A DNA stretch of 64,000 nucleotides from an uncultured Gammaproteobacteria bacterium (GCA_964629685.1 CAZVTT010000001.1:319796-383795), one strand, 5' to 3'. Positions 8,456-18,898 are shown, numbered from the stretch's first letter. The notes: generated by a model from the sequence alone, not told the origin. Translations and numbers: made by a program.

Positions 8456-9952
8456 CTATTTGGTTAACTGACGCTGTATCTGCTCGAAAGCTTGATTAGG
8501 ATTTTTTATTCCCAATGCTACATCCTGAAAGAATGATGTGAGACTGGAAGCAAAATGAATATTTGATTCACCAATTATAAAACTGTAGCTTGGATAGAGT
8601 CGGAGTGATGTTCCGTATCTTTTGGATAGTTCAAAATTAAATTTACCGAATTGATTTGAAAGAGAGAGTAGGTTTTCAGGTGCAGATGTCTTTTGCATGG
8701 TAGCGGTTTGAGTATATCTAAACCATTCATGCTGAGCCTCTTCAGAGGTATACTGCATAAGAAGTTGAACGGCAAGATCTTTATGTGGACTGTTTTTAAA
8801 CACTGCCCAAGCAGGTTGATACGTACCGGAGTATACGGATGAGGCAGTGTTCATTGATGGCAATTGGACCGGCATAATTTTGGTAAGCGATTCCGAATCA
8901 ATGCTTTGCCAGTGGTTATAGAGACTTGCAGGACCAGCAGCAAACACTATTTCGTTGTTTAGAAACCGGGAATGAATATCATCTGATCTTTGGGATTGCC
9001 AGTCGGGAAGATAGAGATCGGATGCAAATGGAGCCAGGCGAGCGACTTGATTAAACGTATTTCGTAATACAGCTAATTTTGTAGGTGTTACGCTGGAATT
9101 TTCAAGTTCGTCCGGATCAAGCTGAGACAATAATAACTGATGAATAATAGGATCAAGTGCGACACTGTTAAGACTGCCACCCAAAACAGCAATATGTGTT
9201 TTATATTCTTTATTGTAGCGGGACACTGCCTGGACGAAGTCGATAAAATCATCCCACGTTAAGTCGTATGTCGGAATATCGATTCCTATTAACCCTGCGA
9301 TAGTACTGTTGACATATAACGTTTGTATTTCATTTCCGACAAATGGACCGACGAAAATATTTCCCGTATGTTTTCGAAACCAATCATCCTGTAGAAGTTC
9401 TGGTGTATGGCTTGAAGTGAAGCCGGCAATTGATGAAAAATCCACTAAATATTGTTGTCCCCAGTTCGGATCGTTTAGTTCTTCCGAGACATATCCGTAA
9501 ACGGTTGGGTTCATGATAATAATGTCAAAAGGTACTGCGTTACTGCGTATCGCATTTGCTATATATGTGGCCAGCTTTTTTGTATTACTTTCATGAATAA
9601 TTTCCCGGGGGAATTTCATGTCCACGTCAATGCCGGTTTTGCTGCTGTATGCTTGTATGAATTTACGCAGGAACGTTTCTTTCTCTCCTTCGCCATACCA
9701 GTCACCCATAATTCTAATAGTTTCCGATTTGGTACTGGCTTGCGTTCTGTCGGTAGCAGACAGGTTGGGATTACTGGGTGTAAGACCTAAAAAATACAGA
9801 CCCATACTAACCGCAACGAGTAAAACGAGAAGGCCGATTCCGAATTGAGATAAGAACGAAAAAGCGAGGTGTTTAAGGTTGTTACTTTTAGGTGAAACTA
9901 AGAGTAAAGGGGGATTGTGCTGTACCAATTCCGGCGATGCAACATCAATCAT
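8456..9952 (-). CDS. Membrane-anchored carbohydrate ABC-type solute-binding protein (orphan)
   Basis: N-terminal TM; LYVN..I..., LTWDDF, WAVFKNSPHKDLA motifs of family 1 extracellular solute-binding proteins. Confidence 0.7.
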   Translation of the reverse strand: MIDVASPELVQHNPPLLLVSPKSNNLKHLAFSFLSQFGIGLLVLLVAVSMGLYFLGLTPSNPNLSATDRTQASTKSETIRIMGDWYGEGEKETFLRKFIQAYSSKTGIDVDMKFPREIIHESNTKKLATYIANAIRSNAVPFDIIIMNPTVYGYVSEELNDPNWGQQYLVDFSSIAGFTSSHTPELLQDDWFRKHTGNIFVGPFVGNEIQTLYVNSTIAGLIGIDIPTYDLTWDDFIDFVQAVSRYNKEYKTHIAVLGGSLNSVALDPIIHQLLLSQLDPDELENSSVTPTKLAVLRNTFNQVARLAPFASDLYLPDWQSQRSDDIHSRFLNNEIVFAAGPASLYNHWQSIDSESLTKIMPVQLPSMNTASSVYSGTYQPAWAVFKNSPHKDLAVQLLMQYTSEEAQHEWFRYTQTATMQKTSAPENLLSLSNQFGKFNFELSKRYGTSLRLYPSYSFIIGESNIHFASSLTSFFQDVALGIKNPNQAFEQIQRQLTK

Positions 9953-9963
9953 ATGCGATTCCG

Positions 9964-11895
9964 TTAGGTAAGTGCATCTAAAAGTCGTTTAATCTCAATG
10001 GTTGCGACACATAAATATTGGTCAGCCCCGCCATAGTATACGTACAACATACCCCCAATTTGGACAACACCGTTGGAGAAAACGGTTCCGTCACGTACGC
10101 CCTTGTTCTCGTATTCTGTGGTGGGTTCAAGGATTGGATCGTCAAGTCTGGAAATAACTTTTTCCGGTGCATGTAGGTCCAACAGCAATGCACCCAGCCT
10201 ATATTTTCTGTCTTCCTTTGATACACCGTGATAGATAAGTAACCAACCTATATCAGTTTTAATTGGCGGTCCGGCTATTCCCACTTTTTCGCTATCCCAT
10301 CTGGCTACTCTGGGATCTAGCAGAATCTCACCTTTAATCCATTGGTTGTCAGCAAAATGCAATTCGTCTACAAAATCAATCCAGATACAGGGATCAATCC
10401 TATGCAAAATAACATATTTTCCGTTAACCTTTTCAGGGAAGATGCATGAATTTTTTTCATCTATGCCTGGTGGAGATATGAGTACCGGTTTTTCCCATAT
10501 CCACTTCTTATTTACAAAATCCGATGCTGAAATTGAGGTTAGAGCTACCCTGGTAGGACTTTTTGCATCATAAGCGGTATAGCACATGTAAATACGATCA
10601 TCGATTTTAGTAATTCTTGCATCTTCACAACCTGAATTACCATATGCATTTTTCTTTTCGAACGGTTCGCGGGGAACATATATCGGTTCAGGAAGCCTTT
10701 CGTCTATATGCAATCCGTCAGTACTATTCGCATACCCGATTACGGATGTGTCATCATTTCCCATTGCGCGATAGAGTATATGTACTTTTCCTGCTTCGTA
10801 GACAGCTGCAGCATTAAAGGTGGCTTTTGACTCCCAAGAATGATACGGACGTGGTTGTATTGTTGGGTTACCTGCAAAACGTTCAAGTTTTATTATCGGT
10901 TTTTTTGTTGTTTTTGTATTATGACTGGCGTAGGATTCAAAATCCGCCAGCAGGTCTTTTAAAGACATTGTTGCGACACAGCAGGTAGTGTCAGCGGCTC
11001 CGTAATATAAACGAACTTCGTCACCATCAACCGTTGCGCCTGACGGAAATATTACATTTGCAACGTCGCCATACAGTTCATAATCCAACTCAGGTATCAG
11101 TAATGGATTTGTAATTCTTCCAATAATTTGTTGTGGATTTTCCAGGTCTAGTAGTACTGCTTCTATTCCGAATAGCCGGAATGGGGTGGTGTAATTCCGA
11201 ATATACGAATAAAAGAGTAACCACCCTTTTTCGGTTTTAATAGGAGGTGATCCTAGCTCAATATGATCATGTGCCGATCGTTGCAATGGTATGGTGTGTT
11301 CATTGAGGTTGCTATACCAGGATCTCCAAATATCTGCGTTCCATAAATCAGCTTCTCTGTCTACGTAGGCTACGGCTATTTTAGCCGGTGGGATATCGGT
11401 GTTAACCGTAGTAATAACAGCAATTTTTCCGTTAATTCTTTCCGGAAAGATTGCCGTTGCCTTAGCATTAAATGGCGTCATGAGATGTTTTTCTTCAATA
11501 GTTTGGAAGTCCCTGGTAATTGCTAAGGCAACTTTTATATTGTTTGCGCCAAACGGGTATCCGGAAAGGGCTGTATAACAAATGTAATATTTGCCGTCCA
11601 GTTTTGTAACCCGCGGATCTTCACAGCCGTATTTCTCCCAGTCGTACTCCGGAGAAATAAACTGGGTTCTGTTGATAAAATGTTCCCCATCATAGCTTTT
11701 TGCATAGCCAATAGTGGAAAGTTTAAGTGTAATTCCGGAAAAATAAGGAGTCGGAGCAGATAGTGCCCGGTATACCATGTGAAATACACCGCTATCTTTA
11801 ACGGGACAGCCGTTAAATGCCGCATCTGATTCCCACGGATTTTTATTATTGGGGGAAACAATGGGATTCTCTTCCGATCGTTTAACGATAACCAT
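9964..11895 (-). CDS. Tandem two-domain GH130 glycoside phosphorylase/hydrolase
   Basis: Two copies of NP...WES.A.FN, YRA, GCED[PA]R.T, FPE..NGK, PPIKT..GWLL.Y and YYG[AG]AD. Confidence 0.9.
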   Translation of the reverse strand: MVIVKRSEENPIVSPNNKNPWESDAAFNGCPVKDSGVFHMVYRALSAPTPYFSGITLKLSTIGYAKSYDGEHFINRTQFISPEYDWEKYGCEDPRVTKLDGKYYICYTALSGYPFGANNIKVALAITRDFQTIEEKHLMTPFNAKATAIFPERINGKIAVITTVNTDIPPAKIAVAYVDREADLWNADIWRSWYSNLNEHTIPLQRSAHDHIELGSPPIKTEKGWLLFYSYIRNYTTPFRLFGIEAVLLDLENPQQIIGRITNPLLIPELDYELYGDVANVIFPSGATVDGDEVRLYYGAADTTCCVATMSLKDLLADFESYASHNTKTTKKPIIKLERFAGNPTIQPRPYHSWESKATFNAAAVYEAGKVHILYRAMGNDDTSVIGYANSTDGLHIDERLPEPIYVPREPFEKKNAYGNSGCEDARITKIDDRIYMCYTAYDAKSPTRVALTSISASDFVNKKWIWEKPVLISPPGIDEKNSCIFPEKVNGKYVILHRIDPCIWIDFVDELHFADNQWIKGEILLDPRVARWDSEKVGIAGPPIKTDIGWLLIYHGVSKEDRKYRLGALLLDLHAPEKVISRLDDPILEPTTEYENKGVRDGTVFSNGVVQIGGMLYVYYGGADQYLCVATIEIKRLLDALT

Positions 11896-13753
11896 ACTTT
11901 TGTGTTAGAACGGGAGTAACCCGAGCATTACCGGACTCTAAGAGTGTATGCAAGAACGGCTGTATGGGCGCAGTCGCGGTGCATACCACGGTATCTGCTC
12001 CTCCGTAGTACACAAATAAGTTGTCGTTGTGGATTACCGCTCCGCAGGGATATGCGACTCCTGCCTTAAATCCGTCGTTTTCATGTTCATGTTCCGGGGC
12101 AAGAATCGGGACTCTGGATCTGGCAATAACTTTCGTCGGATCTTTAAGGTCCAAAAGCATTGCTCCCATTTTATATTTCCCGGGATCCCGTTCTCCGACT
12201 GCATGGTATATAAGCAGCCAGCCGAAAGGAGTTTTGATCGGGGGCGGACCTGCGCCAACTTTGCGGCTGTCCCAGCCGTTACGGCTCGGACGGATCATAT
12301 AATCACCTTTCAGGAAGTTAGTTTCGCCGTCAAAATCCATTGAATCAACAAAATCAATGAGGATATTGGGAAATATCCTATGAAGGATAACGTATTTTCC
12401 GTCGACTTTTTCGGGGAGAATAACGCAGTTTTTATTTACGACTCCAGGACCTGAAATTAGTACCGGCTCGTTCCAATTCCATTCCCGGGCGAGAAAATTA
12501 TCCACTGGAATCGAGCTCAGTGCGACTCTGGGGGGATTTCTTCCGTCATATGCTATATAAGTTAAATACATCGTATCGTCTATTTTAGTGAGTCTTGGGT
12601 CTTCGCAGCCTCCATAGCCACCACCGGACATATAAAGTCTGTTGGGAACATAGGGAGCTTGATTGTTCGGTGATTCAAAAGGAGCTCTAGGGTAATAAAT
12701 CGGTTCGTCCAGACGTTCGTCGATTGAATATCCGTCTGTAGAAGTAGCGTATCCTAACACAGACGTATCGTCTTCTCCGATCGCGCGGTAAACTAAATGT
12801 ATTTTACCGTTCAGGTAAACAGCTGCCGGATTGAACGTTGCCCTGGATTCCCAAAAATGATTGACTATCGGTTTAATAATTGGATTTCCGCGGAATCGTT
12901 TTAATATCATTGAAGGAATAGTCGGGTTTGTGTCGAATGCGCGGGTTAACGATGTATGGGGTATGGCAAAAATACCCTGCGTAGGATGAGACCAGTATGA
13001 AATTAGTTTTCCCCGATAGTAAACTACACCGACGGGAGAAATAGATTGATCTGTCCATTCATCCGTTTGTTCCCAAAGTGTGTCTGATTGCCATAGCAGT
13101 TTTCTCGGGTTTTTACGGTCAAGTAGTACTGCATGGAGCGAGTAGTGATCTTTTCCTTGATGCTCACTGAGTGCCCAGTATACGACTGCTATTCCCTCGG
13201 GTGTCGTGACAATTGTACCCAGTTTGAAGTTTGATGAGCCTGCATGATCCATGGATGGTTCCAGAATGCTTTCGGAAACCGTTTCCCAGGATGTGAGATC
13301 TTTTGACGTTGCCATTCTTATACTTTGTTCACCATAGAGAGCTACATATGAATCGTTGAGGCGGAAGTCAGGGATAAGCATGGTAGTTTCCTGAAGTTCG
13401 CTCATTTTTCCATTGCGTTTCCAATGGATAAGGTCAGTAGAGAATGCACAGTAGATGGCATCCTGAAATCGTTGTTTAAACTTGTAGGTAAGGAAATATT
13501 TACCTTCGATGTGGCTAATGCGGAAATTGCTGCATTTATCGATGGGAAGCTCCCGGCGTTGATTATCCTTTATCTCTCCTATTTGCTTCGTCAGGTGAAA
13601 GTCGAGCCCGTCTTTACTGTTTAGTACTGACCAGTGGAATGTGTCTACATGATTATCCTGTACGAACAGATACACTTCATCCTGCTTGGTCGTGACACCG
13701 AGTCCTTGAGTTTTTTTGAGTTCATTTGAAGGCAGTGCGTCTGACATATTCAT
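11882..13753 (-). CDS. GH130 glycoside phosphorylase with degenerate N-terminal propeller domain
   Basis: C-terminal half has WES.ATFNPAA, GCEDPR, KN..ILPEK, LHR, KVG.GPPP, YH, YYGGAD; N-terminal half keeps only traces (S.DL..W, T.EG, LLD..NP). Confidence 0.88.
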   Translation of the reverse strand: MNMSDALPSNELKKTQGLGVTTKQDEVYLFVQDNHVDTFHWSVLNSKDGLDFHLTKQIGEIKDNQRRELPIDKCSNFRISHIEGKYFLTYKFKQRFQDAIYCAFSTDLIHWKRNGKMSELQETTMLIPDFRLNDSYVALYGEQSIRMATSKDLTSWETVSESILEPSMDHAGSSNFKLGTIVTTPEGIAVVYWALSEHQGKDHYSLHAVLLDRKNPRKLLWQSDTLWEQTDEWTDQSISPVGVVYYRGKLISYWSHPTQGIFAIPHTSLTRAFDTNPTIPSMILKRFRGNPIIKPIVNHFWESRATFNPAAVYLNGKIHLVYRAIGEDDTSVLGYATSTDGYSIDERLDEPIYYPRAPFESPNNQAPYVPNRLYMSGGGYGGCEDPRLTKIDDTMYLTYIAYDGRNPPRVALSSIPVDNFLAREWNWNEPVLISGPGVVNKNCVILPEKVDGKYVILHRIFPNILIDFVDSMDFDGETNFLKGDYMIRPSRNGWDSRKVGAGPPPIKTPFGWLLIYHAVGERDPGKYKMGAMLLDLKDPTKVIARSRVPILAPEHEHENDGFKAGVAYPCGAVIHNDNLFVYYGGADTVVCTATAPIQPFLHTLLESGNARVTPVLTQKYGYR

Positions 13754-13974
13754 TCCATCATTTCATGATAATCCGGTGTAATCTGTTGGGCTTCGTACAT
13801 CAGCCCGTACAAATAGATACTATACCGAAAATCCCGATAATTTATCGGTTCGGTTTCTCTCCTGCTGATGATTAGCTTCTATATTAATAGTAGCAGGATT
13901 TGTACAAAAGGAAAGATATTGAATTTGCTAAAAGCGCACTGATTTTTCATTGGCTTCAACGTATAATATGCACC

Positions 13975-14715
13975 ATGTACCATCATCGCACGCAGTCCAT
14001 TGACCAACATATTGCTCAAGAGCATAAACTATCACCGTTTACTACATATCTTAAGGAAATAGTTTATGGGGGGAATGACGGTATTATTACCACATTTGCA
14101 GTTGTGGCAGGTTTTACGGGATCTCAGGCTGGCAATATGGGCTCAATTCCTGTCATTACCGTACTTATTTTCGGGTTCGCGAATTTATTTGCGGATGGAG
14201 TGTCTATGGCGTTGGGGAATTTTTTATCAACCAGATCGGAACAGGAGGTTTACCAAAAAGAAAAAACTAAAGAATTAGCAGAGTTAAGACTGCATCGGGA
14301 TGCTGAAGAAATGGAAACGCTCGAATTATTGCGTATAAAGGGTTTTTCGGAAACACAAGCTAAAACGTTAGTAGAAATATATAAAACAAATGAGCCCTAT
14401 TGGGTGGATTTCATGATGAATCAGGAGTTGCGATTGCCGAATCCGGAAAATGAAAATGCCTTTCTGACTGCCAGTGCTACACTAATTGCATTTATCAGTT
14501 TTGGACTGATTCCGTTATTACCATATTTGTTATTGGGTGAAATAACTAATACGTTTGTTTTCTCTTGTTTGACTACTCTTGTTGCTCTTATAATGCTCTC
14601 CTTGGTCCGCTGGAAAGTGACGGCAAGAAATCCACTAAAAGTGTTGTTGGAAACGCTTCTATTAGGGGGAAGTGCAGCAACAATTGCCTATCTGGTGGGA
14701 ACACTCTTCAGATAG
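13975..14715 (+). CDS. VIT1/CCC1 family Fe/Mn transporter
   Basis: YGGNDGIITTFAVV.G, ANLFADGVSMALGNFLS, FG.IPLLPY; start placed at ATG 13975, 7 nt after TATAAT. Confidence 0.9.
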   Translation: MYHHRTQSIDQHIAQEHKLSPFTTYLKEIVYGGNDGIITTFAVVAGFTGSQAGNMGSIPVITVLIFGFANLFADGVSMALGNFLSTRSEQEVYQKEKTKELAELRLHRDAEEMETLELLRIKGFSETQAKTLVEIYKTNEPYWVDFMMNQELRLPNPENENAFLTASATLIAFISFGLIPLLPYLLLGEITNTFVFSCLTTLVALIMLSLVRWKVTARNPLKVLLETLLLGGSAATIAYLVGTLFR

Positions 14716-14727
14716 TCGAAATTATAT

Positions 14728-15495
14728 TTAGAGGATAATTATCCAAAAAAGAAGTGCTAAAAGTATCCGGTAAATTCCGAAGTGAATTAAAGAATATTTT
14801 TGGACAAACTTACGAAAAAGTGAAACCGTAATCCACGCGGAGATAAACGCAACAATAAAGCCTGTCCCGAGGGCAAAGAGTTCCTCTCCGGTATATGCAT
14901 GTTTGCTTTTGACTAGGTCGTACACTGTTGCTGCCAGCATTGTCGGTATGGCTAAGAGAAATGAAAAATCCACGGCTGCAATCCGCGTCAGTCCACTGAT
15001 TTGGCCTCCAATTATTGTGGCAGCTGAACGGGAAACCCCGGGAATAACCGAAAACGATTGTGCGATTCCTATGATGACGGCTTGTTTTGCATTTACGGTA
15101 GTTTGATGATGGTTGTTTTTTTGGTGTGATTGAAGATATTCAAAAAGGATGAGTAATATTCCGCCGATAAAAAGCGTAAGTACAGTAATGTGTGCATTTC
15201 CTAACAGGTATGTTTTAATAAATTTGTAAAAGAACAGACCGACTAATGCGGCAGGCAAGAACGCAATTCCGATCGGTTTCCACAACTGAGTTTTGGTAAA
15301 TATCGATTTACTATACATCAATGTTATTGCACCTATGGCTCCAAGTTGGATAAATATTTCAAAACTTTTTATAAAATCCGTCTGAGGTATTCCCAATAAG
15401 TTACTCACAAGAATCATATGTCCCGTGGAAGAAATGGGAAGGAATTCTGTAATACCTTCAACCAATGCGATGGCAAAAATTTGTAAGAAATTCAT
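14728..15495 (-). CDS. uppP: Undecaprenyl-diphosphate phosphatase
   Basis: VEGITEFLPISSTGH, IQLGAI, PGVSRSAATI, FSFLLAIP. Confidence 0.96.
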   Translation of the reverse strand: MNFLQIFAIALVEGITEFLPISSTGHMILVSNLLGIPQTDFIKSFEIFIQLGAIGAITLMYSKSIFTKTQLWKPIGIAFLPAALVGLFFYKFIKTYLLGNAHITVLTLFIGGILLILFEYLQSHQKNNHHQTTVNAKQAVIIGIAQSFSVIPGVSRSAATIIGGQISGLTRIAAVDFSFLLAIPTMLAATVYDLVKSKHAYTGEELFALGTGFIVAFISAWITVSLFRKFVQKYSLIHFGIYRILLALLFWIIIL

Positions 15496-15596
15496 ATGTC
15501 TGTCTTATCATACTTGATTCTATTTTTAATGGCTACGATTACAGAACGATCGGAACGTTGCGACAATGAAAACTTGTATGTTATGATCGTTAACAC

Positions 15597-16496
15597 ATGA
15601 GGCGTAAGGTTATATTTTTGTTATTAATCGTAGGATTATTTTCAGGAATACTGTTGTTAGTACGGGTAGTTCGTGGTGGCGCACCAAAGTACGGAGTATT
15701 GAAAATTACCAGTAATCCTGCTGCCACTGTTTTCCTGGACAACAAGAATATAGGTAGAACACCATTTGAAGATAAAGTACTAGTCGGTGAATATACGTTG
15801 AAGTTGATTCCCGAGACGACAGTGCAGACGTTGATTCCCTGGCAGGGGAAAATTAGGGTTTCCACAAATTTGCTTACATACATTAATCGTGATTTATCCG
15901 ACTCCGAGTTATCGGCCGCCGGGGAATTATTGTGGTTGGAAAAAATATCCAGCTCGTTATCAGAACTTTCCGTATCAACCGTTCCCGATGGTGGAAATGT
16001 TATTTTGGATGAACAGGTAAAGGGTGTTTCTCCCTTATCTATTACCGGCATATCTGCCGGTGACCACACGCTTACCATTACTTCACCCGGCTTTTTTTCC
16101 AGGACATTGAAGATTAAAAATACCGGGGGGTACAAGTTAAACGCAGCAGTTCAGCTGGGGTTAGCACCAGGAGGATTAACGCCGACGCCTGAACCGGCAA
16201 TAACGGACATACCCGATGAAACGCCGACGCCGTCAAGCATTCTTACGCCTACGCCAAGTAAAAGTGCCACTTCATCTGCAGCTAAAATTCCTAAGAAGCC
16301 TTACGTAACAATTGGAGATACTCCGACAGGATTTTTAAGGGTACGTGCTGAACCGCAGACTAGTGCAGATGAAATAGGAAGAGTAAATCCCGGGGAAAAA
16401 TATTCCTTGCTTGCCTCCGAATCCGGATGGTATAAAATACAGTTTAATGATAAAGAAGGCTGGATCTCGGGCCAATATGCTACGAAGGTAGAGTAA
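15597..16496 (+). CDS. Membrane-anchored PEGA-domain protein with TP linker and C-terminal SH3b domain
   Basis: N-terminal TM, two PEGA-like units (ITSNP.ATVFLD..IG.TP; STVPDG..V.LD..KG.SP), TPTP linker, LRVRAEP...GWYKI...GWISGQY. Confidence 0.85.
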   Translation: MRRKVIFLLLIVGLFSGILLLVRVVRGGAPKYGVLKITSNPAATVFLDNKNIGRTPFEDKVLVGEYTLKLIPETTVQTLIPWQGKIRVSTNLLTYINRDLSDSELSAAGELLWLEKISSSLSELSVSTVPDGGNVILDEQVKGVSPLSITGISAGDHTLTITSPGFFSRTLKIKNTGGYKLNAAVQLGLAPGGLTPTPEPAITDIPDETPTPSSILTPTPSKSATSSAAKIPKKPYVTIGDTPTGFLRVRAEPQTSADEIGRVNPGEKYSLLASESGWYKIQFNDKEGWISGQYATKVE

Positions 16497-16497
16497 A

Positions 16498-17436
16498 TTA
16501 TCCTCCAATTCCATAGACGACTAAGAAGATAGTAATACTCCATATAATTACAGTCGAAAGTAAAGGCAGATCAGAAGTAAGTATTTTTTCCGGTGATTCT
16601 CCTTGTCCTTCATAAATAAGCTGCATATAACGCATGATTCCGAATAACACAAATGGTACCGTGATCATAAGCCATTTTCGTTCAGGAAGGTCTGCAGTAA
16701 AGTCATAGTAGTTACGGAAAAAGAATCCCCTGTTGCTCGGCCTTTCAAGGAATGTATAAAGGGCGTACGCGATGAATGTAGAATTTGCGAACATAGCCGT
16801 GTATGTATCGAGTAGTTTTTCGGAATAGTGGGTGAGACTGGTCCTTACGTCTTTTGCTACAACTCCTTGGTATCCCTGAATTAGTGTTAACTCCGCTCTG
16901 CGTTTTCCAATAGCTAAAAATAGTGCCAGTGATAGGGCTGCTAAAGCCAACCATATAGATATGTGGAATCCGGTTGCCGCTTCACCCGCGTATACCCGGA
17001 TAAAATATGCTGCAGTTATGGCAAGAATATCTATAACCGAAATATGTTTTAAAACGAGTGAGTATAAATACTGTAGTAATACGAAAAGTATAGCCAGCAG
17101 GAAAAAGGAGTGACTAATAAAATAACTAATCGTAAGCCCGGTAATAAGAAACGTAATGGAGACGAAAAGTGCGAGTGGGATTGGTACTGTTCCTAAAGCA
17201 ATTGGGCGGAATTTTTTAAACGGATGTAACCTGTCACGCGGAGCGTCAATAATATCGTTAATGAAATAGCTGGATGAGGAGAGAAAACAGAATGCAATAA
17301 ACCCCCACGTTGTAGTACTGAAATACCGGGGATCAAAAAACTGGCCGGTAAATAGTATCGTTGTATAGAGCGCAATATTTTTCAGCCATTGTCTGGGTCT
17401 TGCGGCTTTGATAACTGCGTAAAGAAGTTGACCCAT
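16498..17436 (-). CDS. UbiA family prenyltransferase (decaprenyl-phosphate phosphoribosyltransferase-like)
   Basis: RPRQWLKN, YFINDIIDAPRDRLHP.K..RPIA.G, YS..LKH, KRRAEL. Confidence 0.9.
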   Translation of the reverse strand: MGQLLYAVIKAARPRQWLKNIALYTTILFTGQFFDPRYFSTTTWGFIAFCFLSSSSYFINDIIDAPRDRLHPFKKFRPIALGTVPIPLALFVSITFLITGLTISYFISHSFFLLAILFVLLQYLYSLVLKHISVIDILAITAAYFIRVYAGEAATGFHISIWLALAALSLALFLAIGKRRAELTLIQGYQGVVAKDVRTSLTHYSEKLLDTYTAMFANSTFIAYALYTFLERPSNRGFFFRNYYDFTADLPERKWLMITVPFVLFGIMRYMQLIYEGQGESPEKILTSDLPLLSTVIIWSITIFLVVYGIGG

Positions 17437-18464
17437 ACTAAAAATCCTCCGATACCTACGCCTACGAGTAAGAGAGCAAAGAATTTTTCACGACTCGTTA
17501 CGAACAGTGCAATTGCCCCAAGTATAGCTGAGACTCCCCAGTAAAACAAGGCAATTCTTCTCTTTCCCCACCCTAAATCCAGTAGCCGGTGATGGAGGTG
17601 ACCCCTATCAGCCCAGACCGGGGATTTACCTTTTCCGATTCTGCGTACGACCGTATAGATAGCGTCGATTGTGGGTATACCGAGAACTAATAGTGCGGTT
17701 CCGAATTTACCGTAGGAAAGTATTCCCAGTACACCTAACAGAAATCCGGCAAGTGTTTTCCCTCCGTATCCCGGCATTATTTTCTGGGGGAAAAAATTCC
17801 ATGGTAAAAATCCTAAAAAAGAGCCGGCGACTATAAACGCCAGAACGGCTACTGTAGCCTGTGATACATCCGGACCACTAAAACGTAATGCCAAAATGCC
17901 AAGTATAAATGCACTAATAGAGACGAAACCGGGCATTTGTCCGTCTACTCCTGCAGACCAGCCTACGATATTCATCGTCCACATAATCCATATAAACGCG
18001 ATTAAATCAGACCAAACGAGGATTGAATGTTCACCGAAAAAAGTAAATGTAAGTCTCCAGGTATCAAGATTCAGAATGCCGCCTGTTAGCGGGTTGGTGA
18101 TAAACGGTATGCCGATTCCGGCAGCTACTACTATAAGCGCAGCCAGAGCGTTAGTAAAAAGCCGTAAATATGGACTAACATCTTTCTTATCGTCCCGTAA
18201 TCCAATATATACCAGCAATCCGGAGGCTAGGAGTATTGCTAGATTCCTTTTTGTGAGTGGAAGAAGAAGAAATGAACAAAGTAGTAATCCCAGGAAAATG
18301 GCAAGTCCTCCAGCTCTCGGAATGATACCAGTGTGAGTATGTGCAGGGTGGTAGCGGGTGCTGGCATCGTCGACAAGTCCCTTTTTCCTAGCCAGGGTAA
18401 TCACAATTGGGGTGATTATATACGTCAAAACGGTTGCCAGAATGAGTGGTACTGCAAAGTCCAT
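17382..18464 (-). CDS. MraY/WecA/TagO family polyprenyl-phosphate sugar-1-phosphate transferase
   Basis: PRAGGLA, G..DD, GVDG, LGFLPWNF.P.KIMPG, DRGHLHHRLL; overlaps the next gene by 55 nt. Confidence 0.9.
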   Translation of the reverse strand: MDFAVPLILATVLTYIITPIVITLARKKGLVDDASTRYHPAHTHTGIIPRAGGLAIFLGLLLCSFLLLPLTKRNLAILLASGLLVYIGLRDDKKDVSPYLRLFTNALAALIVVAAGIGIPFITNPLTGGILNLDTWRLTFTFFGEHSILVWSDLIAFIWIMWTMNIVGWSAGVDGQMPGFVSISAFILGILALRFSGPDVSQATVAVLAFIVAGSFLGFLPWNFFPQKIMPGYGGKTLAGFLLGVLGILSYGKFGTALLVLGIPTIDAIYTVVRRIGKGKSPVWADRGHLHHRLLDLGWGKRRIALFYWGVSAILGAIALFVTSREKFFALLLVGVGIGGFLVWVNFFTQLSKPQDPDNG

Positions 18465-18503
18465 ACAGGGTTATGTAAACACTGCTATAGAATGTACGTG
18501 ACG

Positions 18504-18896
18504 CTATGTCACAAGGAAAATAATATTTATTAAAGTAATTGTAGATAAAAGGCTAACCGTAAGTGCTGCCAGAAATAGTATTTGTCCGAATATTCGATAA
18601 AGTTTAAGATACTTACCAACAAACCATAACGTAAAAATATACCAGATGATGCTTCCTCCGGGTAGAAGTAATAACCAGATCGGTTGAGCAAGTTGTTCGT
18701 CTCCCCAGGGTTTGGAGTACCACAACGGAACCATAGGCGGAAGTTGATTCCATCGCCAGATAAGTATAACTATACCTAAACCGCTCAAGGCTAGCGTAAA
18801 TTTTGTTGTAGTTTGGGCAATCCAGTTGGCTTCGATTGTCTCCCGTATCCCTGCCAAGCGTCTACGAACTATTTGTGCAACATGTGAATGAGACAT
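18504..18896 (-). CDS. Small membrane protein
   Basis: Three hydrophobic segments, LPPMVPLWYSKPWG motif; 2 bp from the upstream gene in the operon. Confidence 0.75.
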   Translation of the reverse strand: MSHSHVAQIVRRRLAGIRETIEANWIAQTTTKFTLALSGLGIVILIWRWNQLPPMVPLWYSKPWGDEQLAQPIWLLLLPGGSIIWYIFTLWFVGKYLKLYRIFGQILFLAALTVSLLSTITLINIIFLVT

Positions 18897-18898
18897 GA

